Of a DNA stretch of 64,000 nucleotides, positions 54,461 to 63,877 are shown one piece after another. Under the pieces are notes generated by a model. That model was not told the DNA's origin, searched no databases, and was given only the letters and a program-made list of their open reading frames with translations. Origin of the DNA: an uncultured Bacteroidaceae bacterium (lineage in GTDB: Bacteria > Bacteroidota > Bacteroidia > Bacteroidales > Bacteroidaceae); the NCBI GenBank assembly GCA_964512955.1, contig CAZEKX010000001.1, positions 7,659-71,658 of the forward strand. The letters run 5' to 3'. Position numbers and translations under genes: made by a program. Every line of letters starts with the position of its first letter. Position 1 is the first letter of the stretch.

Positions 54461-54877
54461 ATGGAAATAACAATAAACAAACAGGATGCAATAGATAATT
54501 TGCACAGGGTAACAGGAAATTTAGGGCTTAAACTTGGTGCTCCGGAATTGGTGGCATCTACCGAAGAGGATACAGAGAGAATAACTCCGTTATGGAATGG
54601 TGCAACAACTGAATTGTTACAGTTATTACAGCCTTATGCCAATATGAACTATAACACTGTGGGTGTTACATACTCTTTACAAATGCCTGTCAATTGGAAA
54701 AACTCTCAATTAACCAATTTGTGTATGCAGTGTATTGCCTATGTAAAGCAGTCGTTGGTGGCGCGTTGGCTCGACTTTGTGAAACCCGACAGTGCAATGC
54801 TCTACAGAACGCTTAACCGGGATATAGCCGATGCAGTCTTGCATATCCTTGCTCTGAGAAAGAAACCCGATAGATAA
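54461..54877 (+). CDS. Phage-island small protein, paralog family member 3
   Basis: 138 aa. See the alignment with 45672-46184. Its stop codon sits inside the shared terminator hairpin. Confidence 0.4.
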   Translation: MEITINKQDAIDNLHRVTGNLGLKLGAPELVASTEEDTERITPLWNGATTELLQLLQPYANMNYNTVGVTYSLQMPVNWKNSQLTNLCMQCIAYVKQSLVARWLDFVKPDSAMLYRTLNRDIADAVLHILALRKKPDR

Positions 54878-54905
54878 AAAGCCGCATAAGCGGCTTTTTA
54901 TCTAT
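54870..54905. terminator. Bidirectional hairpin terminator shared by the phage island and the DUF1573 gene
   Basis: tagataaaaagccgc / ataa / gcggctttttatcta, a 15-bp perfect stem. Both convergent stop codons are embedded in the arms. Confidence 0.8.
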
Positions 54906-55330
54906 TCATTAACTTCAATAATTTCAGTCTCTTGTTCCTGCTTGGGTAACATCTTTCCGGTAAGGTAGAGTTTTACCATCTCTGTATTGGAATTGTTGTG
55001 TACCGTAACTCTTTTTCTTATTTTCCCGGGAGCATTACGTCGACCATCATATTTAACGGTAATTGTATCACTCTCTCCGGGTTTAATGGCATCTGTATTA
55101 TGTGATGCAATGGTACATCCGCACGATGTGAATACCTGATGTATATAAAGGTCGGCATCACCGGTGTTGGTAAACTTATAATGACATGTGATAACAGCAG
55201 AATCCGCAGGGAATGTTCCCATGTTGTACACAAGTTTCTCAAACTCAATTTTTGCTTTTCCTCGGTTTTGACTATTCACAACAGGAGTCAAAACAAATAA
55301 TGTAAAAAGTAGTATTATAAAATTTTTCAT
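54902..55330 (-). CDS. DUF1573 domain-containing secreted protein
   Basis: Signal peptide, followed by the typical DUF1573 pattern (FEKLVYNMGTF...FKFTNTGDADLYI...SCGCT...PGESDTITVKYD). Confidence 0.8.
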   Translation of the reverse strand: MKNFIILLFTLFVLTPVVNSQNRGKAKIEFEKLVYNMGTFPADSAVITCHYKFTNTGDADLYIHQVFTSCGCTIASHNTDAIKPGESDTITVKYDGRRNAPGKIRKRVTVHNNSNTEMVKLYLTGKMLPKQEQETEIIEVNE

Positions 55331-55391
55331 TATCAGTTATTTTGGACACAAAGGTAAAACTTTTTTGGGAGTTAATGTTACTTTTTCTATT

Positions 55392-57596
55392 TTAAACTCG
55401 TCTCACCTGTTTCACTCCCTTAATTCCTTCAATCTTTGTAATTAACTTTTTAAGTTTTGCAGTGTCATCAATCATCAATGTAAGTGTTCCCGAAAACAGT
55501 GTGTCGTGCGACTCAATATTTATTCCACGCATAACAACATCCTTCTCTTGTGTTATTAGTGATGTTATATTGTTTACAATACCTATGTCATCATGTCCTA
55601 CGATGCGCAGTGTAACAGGGTAGAGTGCTTTGTTCTTTCCACTATCACTCCAGCGTGCTTCTATCACTCTGTAGGGATAACGTTCTCGTAACTGTTTGGC
55701 GTTTGTACAATCCTTTCTATGTACCGAAATACCACCGTTAATAGTTACAAATCCGAATATCTCATCACCAAAGATGGGTGCACAACATTTCGAAAGTTTA
55801 TAATCGATACCCTTTAAGTTACGTTCAATTACAAGCACATCACTCGATGTTCCACTCTCCTTGTCGGGTATCAGAGTAAAATCCTGTGCGCTTTGAACTG
55901 CCTCGTTACTTTCGGGGTTGGCCAATTCATTATATCTTTTGTATATGTCGGTTATGTCTATTCCCCCTTCTGCAACACGCTGATAAAAGTCGCTTAGACG
56001 TTTGTAACCCATTTTACGTATAAGGTGGTCAATCATCGACTCGTCATACTCAATCTTGTGGTTCTTGAATTTGCGTATAAGCATCTCGCGAGCCATATCA
56101 GCCTGACGTGCAGTGATGTCTTTAAGAGCCTGACGTATCTTTGAACGGGCACGACTTGTCTGTGCAATATTTAACCATGCCTGTTTAGGTGTTTGACTGT
56201 TCGATGTTATAATCTCTACTTGGTCGCCATTGTTCAGTATATGTCTTATTGGAACATTGCGTCCGTTCACTAAAGCGCCGGTACATTTACAGCCAATTCC
56301 ACTATGTATGCAAAATGCAAAATCCAGAATTGTAGCCCCTTTGGGTAGACGGAATAGGTCGCCTTTGGGTGTAAAGATAAAAATCTCATCTTTGTAAAGT
56401 TCCATTTTGAACTTGTTCTCGTTTACCTCTTCCTGTGCCAGATGTTCCAACGTGTCTCGTATAGACGCAAGCAGATTGTCGAGCCCCTTTTCGCTTTTAA
56501 TACCTTTGTAACGCCAGTGTGCTGCCAAACCATGTTCGGCAATGGCATCCATTCGCTCGGTACGTATCTGTACCTCTACCCAACGTCCTTCGGGACCCAT
56601 CACAGTTGTGTGTAACGACTCATAACCATTGCTTTTGGGTACCGATAACCAGTCGCGCAGACGGTGTGGGTTGGGTGTATACATATCTGCTATAATAGAG
56701 TATACTTGCCAACATTCACTCTTCTCATTTAGTATTTCACTATCCAGTATTATACGTATGGCAAACAGGTCGTAGATGTTCTCAAAAGGCAGTTTCTGAC
56801 GTTTCATCTTTTGCCAAATGGAATTTATCGACTTTGTACGTCCCTTTATTCTGAACTTAAGATGTGGATGCTTGTACAGTTCCAGTTCAATAGGGTGTAT
56901 GAACGATGCGATATAATCCTCACGCGATGCTGCCGTCTCTTCCAATTTTCTGCTCAGTTCAGCATATATGTCACTTTCGGTATATCGTAGAGCAAGGTCC
57001 TCCATCTCCGATTTAATCTTGTAGAATCCTAGTTTGTGTGCCAGAGGAATATACAACTTCGATGCTTCGTTTGCCACCTGTTTACGTGCTTCTGTGTCGT
57101 TGTAGTCGAACAGGCGGCGAAGCAAAACCAAACGACTTGCAATCATTATGAGAATAATACGCATGTCATTGGCAAACGATAATAGCAGGTTTCTAAAGTT
57201 TTCACTCTCTATTGTAGGACTTTTGGCATATAATGCATTTATTTGAGTAAGGTTAGCAAGAATTTTTGTTGTGTTTTCGCCACATTCTGCAGCAATCTCT
57301 TCCATGCCAATGGTACCCATCTCGACACAACGACTGAGCAGAATACTTATCATTATCTCTCGATGAAAACCAATCTCTTGTCCAATGAGTTCCGCAGTTT
57401 GCATGTCAAGTATAACAGGGTTGAATCCGAAACTGTCACGTACAATCTTTCCATCCTCTATTGCCTTGGTAACAGTCGTTTTTATGAACCTGTAATCGCT
57501 TTTATGCAGTTCGCCCGCAGTCTCATTGCGGAGTATACGGCATAAATTTAAAAGTTCTTTGCGCTCGCAATCCCTAAATATGATTTTTTCCGACAT
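55392..57596 (-). CDS. RelA/SpoT-homolog (p)ppGpp synthetase/hydrolase family protein
   Basis: Synthetase domain (RTKSINSIWQKM...YDLFAIRIIL...GYESLHTTV), a TGS domain (FIFTPKGDLFRLPKGATILDFAF) and a C-terminal ACT domain. The ATG at 57596 is preferred over the long AT-rich N-terminal extension. Confidence 0.88.
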   Translation of the reverse strand: MSEKIIFRDCERKELLNLCRILRNETAGELHKSDYRFIKTTVTKAIEDGKIVRDSFGFNPVILDMQTAELIGQEIGFHREIMISILLSRCVEMGTIGMEEIAAECGENTTKILANLTQINALYAKSPTIESENFRNLLLSFANDMRIILIMIASRLVLLRRLFDYNDTEARKQVANEASKLYIPLAHKLGFYKIKSEMEDLALRYTESDIYAELSRKLEETAASREDYIASFIHPIELELYKHPHLKFRIKGRTKSINSIWQKMKRQKLPFENIYDLFAIRIILDSEILNEKSECWQVYSIIADMYTPNPHRLRDWLSVPKSNGYESLHTTVMGPEGRWVEVQIRTERMDAIAEHGLAAHWRYKGIKSEKGLDNLLASIRDTLEHLAQEEVNENKFKMELYKDEIFIFTPKGDLFRLPKGATILDFAFCIHSGIGCKCTGALVNGRNVPIRHILNNGDQVEIITSNSQTPKQAWLNIAQTSRARSKIRQALKDITARQADMAREMLIRKFKNHKIEYDESMIDHLIRKMGYKRLSDFYQRVAEGGIDITDIYKRYNELANPESNEAVQSAQDFTLIPDKESGTSSDVLVIERNLKGIDYKLSKCCAPIFGDEIFGFVTINGGISVHRKDCTNAKQLRERYPYRVIEARWSDSGKNKALYPVTLRIVGHDDIGIVNNITSLITQEKDVVMRGINIESHDTLFSGTLTLMIDDTAKLKKLITKIEGIKGVKQVRRV

Positions 57597-57816
57597 AATC
57601 AGTAGTTTTACTAGTCTTTGTACAAACTTTATGCGCGAAGTTAATTTATAAATTTTTAAATAATTGATTTTTTTACCTATTTTTAGAAAATTATCTATAT
57701 TTTTGCGAAGATGGGATATGGTAATGCGCAAAATTGGAATAACTTTGTTTTTATATACCACCAAATTATTATTTTTGTTTGAACGATAATTGTAAAACCT
57801 AATTAATATTACGGCT

Positions 57817-59334
57817 ATGATGATTAGTAAAGCAGATCAAGCATTGTTGAACAAGAAAGGAATCTCGGTAGAAAAGTTTACCGAACAGTTGAAAACATTT
57901 AAGACAGGTTTCCCCTTCCTGAAAATAGAGGCTGCGGCAACTGTCGACAACGGAGTGTTACGCCCTACATGCGACGAGGTTACTAACTATCTTACAGTGT
58001 GGGACAACTATTGTAAGGCAGGAAATTCGGTGCTTAAATTTGTACCTGCTTCGGGTGCTGCCAGCAGAATGTTTAAGGATCTGTTTTCTTTCCTTAGTGC
58101 CGAATACGATGTGCCAACATCCGATTTCGAGAAGAATTTCTTTAATAACATAGAAAAGTTTGCATTTTACAATGAGTTGAATGCAATGTGCCAAAAGAAT
58201 AATTCTGCATCTATACAGGATTTGATTTCTGCAGGAAATTATAAAGCCGTAGTATTTAATCTGCTCGACTTTACAGGTATGAACTACGGTTCTTTACCCA
58301 AAGGATTACTTAAATTCCATACATACGAAAATGATGTAAGAACATCGGCAGAGGAACATTTTGTCGAGGGTGCTCTCTATGCAGCAATGGGTAGCAAAGT
58401 TCGTTTGCATTTTACAGTTTCTCCCAATCATAAAGCATTGTTCGAGGAACTTGTTGCAGAACGTAAATCGTATTACGAAAAACTATTCGGTGTAGAGTAT
58501 GAGATATCATTTTCGGAACAGAAGCAGAGTACCGATACTGTTGCAGCCGATGCCGACAACGAGCCTTTCCGCGAAAATGGAGCGTTAGTCTTCCGTCCCG
58601 GAGGACACGGCGCGCTCATTGAGAACCTGAATGATATTGATGCCGACGTTATCTTTATAAAGAATATCGATAATGTTGTTCCCGACAGGCTCAAAGACGA
58701 AACTGTAACATACAAGAAACTTCTAGCCGGTATACTTGTCGATTTGCAAAATAAAGCATTTGAGTATATTCGTCTTATCGATAGCGGTAAATATACTCAT
58801 GAGCAGGTTGAGGAGATGATTCGCTTCGTTCAACAGAAACTTATGTGTCGCAATATGGAGGTAAAAGAGATGGAGGATTGCGATTTGGTACTCTATTTGC
58901 GTAAGAAATTAAATCGTCCCATGCGTGTATGTGGAATGGTTAAGAATGTCGGTGAACCCGGAGGCGGACCATTCCTCGCTTATAATCCCGATGGTTCGGT
59001 GTCGTTACAGATATTGGAAAGTTCACAGATAGATATGAATAATGCCGATGCCAAGTCGATGTTCGAAAATGGAACACACTTTAATCCCGTTGATTTGGTT
59101 TGTGCTGTGAAGAATTATAAAGGAGAGAAATTCAATCTTCCTGAATATGTCGACAAGAATACAGGTTTCATTTCACACAAATCCAAAAACGGAAGAGAAT
59201 TAAAAGCAATGGAATTGCCGGGTCTGTGGAATGGTGCCATGAGCGATTGGAGTACAATATTTGTTGAGGTTCCTCTTATCACCTTTAACCCTGTAAAGAC
59301 AGTCAATGACCTTTTGCGCGAAGTTCATCAGTAA
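57817..59334 (+). CDS. DUF4301-family protein (nucleotidyltransferase-like fold)
   Basis: 505 aa. FVPASGAASRMFK near the N-terminus and RPGGHGAL are as recalled for Bacteroidetes DUF4301 proteins. Confidence 0.6.
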   Translation: MMISKADQALLNKKGISVEKFTEQLKTFKTGFPFLKIEAAATVDNGVLRPTCDEVTNYLTVWDNYCKAGNSVLKFVPASGAASRMFKDLFSFLSAEYDVPTSDFEKNFFNNIEKFAFYNELNAMCQKNNSASIQDLISAGNYKAVVFNLLDFTGMNYGSLPKGLLKFHTYENDVRTSAEEHFVEGALYAAMGSKVRLHFTVSPNHKALFEELVAERKSYYEKLFGVEYEISFSEQKQSTDTVAADADNEPFRENGALVFRPGGHGALIENLNDIDADVIFIKNIDNVVPDRLKDETVTYKKLLAGILVDLQNKAFEYIRLIDSGKYTHEQVEEMIRFVQQKLMCRNMEVKEMEDCDLVLYLRKKLNRPMRVCGMVKNVGEPGGGPFLAYNPDGSVSLQILESSQIDMNNADAKSMFENGTHFNPVDLVCAVKNYKGEKFNLPEYVDKNTGFISHKSKNGRELKAMELPGLWNGAMSDWSTIFVEVPLITFNPVKTVNDLLREVHQ

Positions 59335-59516
59335 TAAAACAGTCGTATAGAAAAGTATGAGGCTGACATCTAAAGTCGTATAGACTTTTTTGTCAGTCTC
59401 ATTGTTTTGCTGCAAACTGAAACTATATGATATATTTCTATTTGAAAGAACTATATTCCTATTGTTGATAGATAAAAAATAAAGCATTATCTTCGCGTAA
59501 ATTTTATTAATTTAAT

Positions 59517-60083
59517 ATGACAACAGATTATACAGAATATCTGCGCGATTTTGAAAGCCGTTTGCAAGACGACATATTACGTTTGTGTACATCGTATAAG
59601 ATGCTCGACAAGGTGTTACTCTCTTCCGAAGATGTGAATGCTCGTTGGGAGTCTCTTGCACTCGATTACATTGCCGATGCTGTTGCGCAAATAAATGAAT
59701 ATCCTGCTGTGGCTGTTGCATGGGCAGGGTATATGGGAATGGCTATAGCGCATCGTTGGGACGAGGATTGGGAAAAATATTCAACCGAAGAGTATAAATC
59801 GTTATATGGCGAAAATGGTTTCGATGATATGGATGAGCATATAATGCGCGATATATTGGGACTTTCTCTAGATTCGGATGAGGCAAAAAATATTGAAGAG
59901 GTTCTTCGCAGATGTGCCTACTCGATACTAACTCTCATTCGTCGCGAAAATATAGAACCGCAAAGCCCTATGGCATACTATACGTTTGCTCGTGCCGCCA
60001 AAGTTATGTATAAAACAGGAGCGGCAATAGAACTTAAGCGGTTAGGGTATAAGTTTGAGAAGGTAAATATGCCAACCTGTTAA
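59517..60083 (+). CDS. Hypothetical cytoplasmic protein
   Basis: 188 aa intact ORF with a TATCTTCG promoter-like element upstream. No recognisable motif. Confidence 0.4.
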   Translation: MTTDYTEYLRDFESRLQDDILRLCTSYKMLDKVLLSSEDVNARWESLALDYIADAVAQINEYPAVAVAWAGYMGMAIAHRWDEDWEKYSTEEYKSLYGENGFDDMDEHIMRDILGLSLDSDEAKNIEEVLRRCAYSILTLIRRENIEPQSPMAYYTFARAAKVMYKTGAAIELKRLGYKFEKVNMPTC

Positions 60084-60199
60084 AATGTTAAAGTTAAATG
60101 TTATAATTTAATAAACTATATATAACTTTTGAGTACTTATAGTCTTTTTACACTATATTAGCGCATAAAAATATAATAACAGAAAATAATTTTATAACT

Positions 60200-61483
60200 A
60201 TGACAAAAGATTTCAATAAAGGAACATTATGTGTACAGGGTGGGTGGCAACCAAAGAAAGGTGAATCTCGTGTACTACCCATTTATCAGAGTACTACATT
60301 TAAATATGAGACAAGCGAACAGATGGCACGTCTTTTCGATTTGGAGGATTCCGGATATTTCTATTCACGTCTGCAAAATCCTACAGTGGATGCTGTTGGC
60401 GCAAAAATTGCCGCTCTCGAAGGTGGTGTTGCAACTGTCATGACAGCATCGGGACAGGCTGCCAACTTCTATGCAATTTTCAATATCTGTCAAGCGGGTG
60501 ATCATTTTGTTTCGGCAAGCACCATTTATGGTGGAACATATAATCTCTTCTCTGTTACAATGAAGAAATTGGGAATAGATGTAACTTTTGTCGATGCCGA
60601 TGCTTCTGCCGAAGAGATAGAGAAGGCTTTCCGCCCCAACACAAAGGCTCTCTTTGGTGAAACTATTTCAAACCCGGGAGTAAATATTCTCGATATTGAA
60701 AAATTTGCCGAGATTGCACACAAACATGGAGTTCCACTTATTGTAGATAATACCTTTGCTACGCCTGTAAACTGTCGTCCTTTTGAATGGGGTGCCGACA
60801 TTGTTACACACTCCACTACAAAATATATGGATGGTCATGCTGTTGCTGTGGGTGGTGCTGTTGTCGATAGTGGTAATTTCGATTGGGAGGCATGGCACGA
60901 CAAATTTACATGTCTCACAGAACCCGACGATTCCTATCATGGGTTGGTATACACCAAGGCATTCGGTAAGGCTGCATACATAACAAAGATGGTTGCACAG
61001 GTGATGCGCGACTTGGGTTCTATGATGGCACCCGAAAATGCTTTCTTGCTGAACTTGGGTTTGGAGACATTGCATTTACGTATGCCACGCCATTGCGAAA
61101 ATGCTCAAAAAGTTGCAGAATATCTTGAGCAGCATCCTAAAGTAGCATGGGTGAAACATTGTGGTTTGCCAAGCAATAAATATTACTCTCTTGCAAAGAA
61201 GTATCTTCCCAACGGTGCATGCGGTGTGTTGGCTTTCGGTGTTAAGGGTACCAAAGAGGATGCAATACGTTTTATGGATAGTTTGAAACTTATCTCTATT
61301 GTTACCCACGTGGCAGATGCTCGTTCATGTATCTTGCATCCGGCAAGCCACACGCATCGTCAGTTGTCCGATGAACAACTTATAGAGGCAGGTGTTGCTC
61401 CCGATTTGATGCGTCTTTCGGTTGGTATAGAGGATGCCGAGGATATCATTGCCGATATTGAACAAGCAATGCAGGCTTTGTAA
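60200..61483 (+). CDS. metY: O-acetylhomoserine aminocarboxypropyltransferase (sulfhydrylase), PLP-dependent
   Basis: 427 aa Cys/Met-metabolism PLP family with the STTKYMDGH PLP-lysine motif and VTHVADARSCILHPASHTH. Confidence 0.88.
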   Translation: MTKDFNKGTLCVQGGWQPKKGESRVLPIYQSTTFKYETSEQMARLFDLEDSGYFYSRLQNPTVDAVGAKIAALEGGVATVMTASGQAANFYAIFNICQAGDHFVSASTIYGGTYNLFSVTMKKLGIDVTFVDADASAEEIEKAFRPNTKALFGETISNPGVNILDIEKFAEIAHKHGVPLIVDNTFATPVNCRPFEWGADIVTHSTTKYMDGHAVAVGGAVVDSGNFDWEAWHDKFTCLTEPDDSYHGLVYTKAFGKAAYITKMVAQVMRDLGSMMAPENAFLLNLGLETLHLRMPRHCENAQKVAEYLEQHPKVAWVKHCGLPSNKYYSLAKKYLPNGACGVLAFGVKGTKEDAIRFMDSLKLISIVTHVADARSCILHPASHTHRQLSDEQLIEAGVAPDLMRLSVGIEDAEDIIADIEQAMQAL

Positions 61484-62265
61484 TGACCAACGAGATTTTG
61501 CAATATAATATTGGAGAAGGTGTCATAGCCTTCTCCACCACTCGTAAGGGCGGAGTAAGTACAGGAACTTATTCTGCCTTTAATATAACACATTATTGTG
61601 GCGATAATCCTAAATGTGTGAAGCAGAACCGGGAGACTCTATGCCGTTTCTTAGGCATAACTGATGAGAGTCTCTTTTTGCCACGTCAGACACATGATAC
61701 AAAGGTGTTGTGTATCGATGACTCCTTTCTTTTACTATCGTCCGAGGAACGCATTATGCAACTCGATGGTATTGATGCTGTTATAACCAATATACCCAAT
61801 ATTTGTATAGGTGTTTCCACTGCCGATTGTGTACCTATACTACTTTTTGATAGAAAAAAGAGAGTAGTGGCGGCAGTTCATGCAGGGTGGCGCGGAACAG
61901 TAGCAAGAATATTGGAAAGAACTATTGCGCAAATGATGGATTCATATAACACTGACCCTAAGGATATATCTGCTGTGATAGCACCAAGTATTTCACTCGA
62001 TAGTTTTGAGGTTGGCGACGAGGTTTACGATGTTTTTGCCACTAATGGCTTTGCCATGGATAATATTGCGAAGCGTTATGGTGAGCGTTGGCATATCGAT
62101 TTATGGGAAGCAAATTGCATACAACTGCTTTTGTATGGAGTTCTTTCGTCTTCTATTACCGTTTCCGGTATATGCACTTATAAAGAGTATGACCGCTTTT
62201 TTTCGGCACGCCGCTTGGGAATAAACTCCGGCAGAATTTTCAATGGAATAATGTTGAAAAATTAA
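61483..62265 (+). CDS. pgeF: Peptidoglycan editing factor PgeF / YfiH (laccase-domain) family protein
   Basis: 260 aa with TADCVPILL, HAGWRGT and FSARR motifs. Its start overlaps the metY stop (TAATG). Confidence 0.85.
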   Translation: MTNEILQYNIGEGVIAFSTTRKGGVSTGTYSAFNITHYCGDNPKCVKQNRETLCRFLGITDESLFLPRQTHDTKVLCIDDSFLLLSSEERIMQLDGIDAVITNIPNICIGVSTADCVPILLFDRKKRVVAAVHAGWRGTVARILERTIAQMMDSYNTDPKDISAVIAPSISLDSFEVGDEVYDVFATNGFAMDNIAKRYGERWHIDLWEANCIQLLLYGVLSSSITVSGICTYKEYDRFFSARRLGINSGRIFNGIMLKN

Positions 62266-62288
62266 TTGATAAAACAACATCCTATAAT

Positions 62289-62332
62289 ACATAAATAGGG
62301 GTTTAAGTTTAAACTTAAACCCCTATTTATGT
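62289..62332. terminator. Bidirectional hairpin terminator (44-bp perfect palindrome) between pgeF and the hydrogenase gene
   Basis: acataaataggggtttaagttt | aaacttaaacccctatttatgt. Confidence 0.75.
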
Positions 62333-62342
62333 ATCTTGTATC

Positions 62343-63782
62343 TTACTTTTTCTTCATTTCTGCTTCGAAACGTCGTGAAGCCTCGCCACCGTCCGAGCAA
62401 GAACAGGGACCGGTGATACATCCACCGGGGCATGACATAACCTCTACCATTTTACCGGGGCATTTGCCGGTTTTTGCATAGGCACGCAAAACACCTATGT
62501 TCTTTTTGTTAAGGTCGGCAATGACAACACCCTCAATCTCTTCTCCACCGAGAATATTTTTGACAGCGGTAAATACACCTCCGGTTTTTGCAAAGCCATG
62601 TGCATCTTTTCCTGCTGTTTCATCGGGTGTAAACGGCTGGCATTTATCAATGTCAATCTCCATTCCATCGAGTACTGCATCAACTTCGCGGAATGTCCAT
62701 ACAAAATCCACACAATCGTGTTCGCGACATTCTGCTTTCTTTGATGCACAAGGTGAAATGAATACATTTATTGCATCGGGGTGTTTCTTGCGGGCATATT
62801 CGGCTGTATAAACCATAGGCGATGCGGTAGTAGATACATACTGCATCAGTTCGGGTATATGTTTACGAGCCAAGTTTACGTATGCAGGACAACAACTTGT
62901 TGTCATAAAAGGAGCACCTTCTTCCATTTTCTCTTTGAATTCAGCCGACTCACGACGTGTAGTCTCTTCTGCTCCGTAGGCAACCTCTATTATATCGTGG
63001 AAACCAATCTCTTTTAATGCTCCAAATACTTGCTCTATCGGTTTACCGAACTGTGCAAGTACCGACGGCGCAACCATGGCAACAACCTTTTTACCCTCTT
63101 TAATACGTTTCAGTACATCGAATACGGTACATTGGTCGAATATAGCACCAAATGGACAGGCATTGAGACATTTTCCACAGTAGATACATTTCTCGGGGTC
63201 GATATGCTCAACTCCATATTCATCTTTTGATATTGCTTTAACGGGACATGCCTCTTCGCAAGGTACAGGCATATATACGATTGCATGATAGGGACATGCT
63301 TGGTGGCACTTTCCACAACTTATGCATTTTTCGTGGTCTATATGTGCTTTTCCTTCTCTGTCGTACGAGATGGCATCCTTGGGACAATTTGTGTAGCATG
63401 GACGAGCAACACAACCACGACACAAGTCGGTAATTTCGTAATTGATTTTTACGCACGACGAACAAGCCTCGTCCATAACATTAAGGATTCCGCGTTTATC
63501 ATCGGGCATTTCGCGTTCCATCATGCGTCTTACATAACTGCTCAATCTGTCCAGTTCGTCATGCTCATCCTCCATGCTGAATCCAAGCATAGCCATGGTT
63601 TTATACTTCATAACTCCGCGCTCCTTGTAAATACAGCAGCGACCTTTGGGGTTGCGTTTGCGTGGGTAGCGGTTTATAAGCATGCGATCGATATTCTCTT
63701 CGAGAACATTCTCTTTCCACATCTTAACCATCTCAGCAAGCAGATTGTATCTGATGAACATAACATTGTTATTATATGCCAT
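62343..63782 (-). CDS. [FeFe]-hydrogenase catalytic subunit with N-terminal 4Fe-4S ferredoxin domains
   Basis: Two CxxCxxCxxxCP clusters and the H-cluster motifs TSCCPAYV (L1), SPCASKKAE (L2) and EVMSCPGGCITG (L3). The ATG at 63782 (MAYNNNV) is preferred. Confidence 0.85.
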   Translation of the reverse strand: MAYNNNVMFIRYNLLAEMVKMWKENVLEENIDRMLINRYPRKRNPKGRCCIYKERGVMKYKTMAMLGFSMEDEHDELDRLSSYVRRMMEREMPDDKRGILNVMDEACSSCVKINYEITDLCRGCVARPCYTNCPKDAISYDREGKAHIDHEKCISCGKCHQACPYHAIVYMPVPCEEACPVKAISKDEYGVEHIDPEKCIYCGKCLNACPFGAIFDQCTVFDVLKRIKEGKKVVAMVAPSVLAQFGKPIEQVFGALKEIGFHDIIEVAYGAEETTRRESAEFKEKMEEGAPFMTTSCCPAYVNLARKHIPELMQYVSTTASPMVYTAEYARKKHPDAINVFISPCASKKAECREHDCVDFVWTFREVDAVLDGMEIDIDKCQPFTPDETAGKDAHGFAKTGGVFTAVKNILGGEEIEGVVIADLNKKNIGVLRAYAKTGKCPGKMVEVMSCPGGCITGPCSCSDGGEASRRFEAEMKKK

Positions 63783-63847
63783 AGTAGTTCTTTTTGAAGT
63801 TACGTTTAAATTTTGCGGTAAAAATAGTAAAAAAGAGTCAATTTTTG

Positions 63848-63855
63848 TAATTTTG
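63848..63855 (+). promoter_or_regulatory. Candidate -7 promoter element TAATTTTG (TAnnTTTG)
   Basis: Exact consensus match, 23 nt upstream of the ATG at 63878. Confidence 0.35.
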
Positions 63856-63877
63856 CAATAATCTTTCTTCATGTGGT

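Larger units (their letters stand above)
43149..54877. mobile_element. Phage-derived head/packaging/lysis island (11.7 kb, two divergent operons, no integrase or tail module recognised)
   Basis: Contains terL, a scaffold-like gene, an HK97/SU10-like major capsid gene, holin-like and u-spanin-like genes, and eight ORFs of unknown function. It is bounded by the tnaA promoter region and a shared convergent terminator. Confidence 0.8.

Noticed and set aside
60084-60199. Possible SAM riboswitch upstream of metY. The same idea was considered for a lysine riboswitch upstream of lysC and a glycine riboswitch upstream of gcvT.
   Set aside because: The metY leader is 115 nt of almost pure AT, with no GC-paired helices. 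lysC starts 7 nt after the preceding gene and gcvT 2 nt after lplA, which leaves no room for a riboswitch.
62289-62332. Long perfect palindromes considered as MITE or IS terminal inverted repeats or as recombination sites.
   Set aside because: Each sits exactly at a gene end or between convergent genes, with A/T tracts in the outer arms and nothing between the arms. That fits intrinsic, often bidirectional, terminators. They are noted only as a low-interest curiosity.
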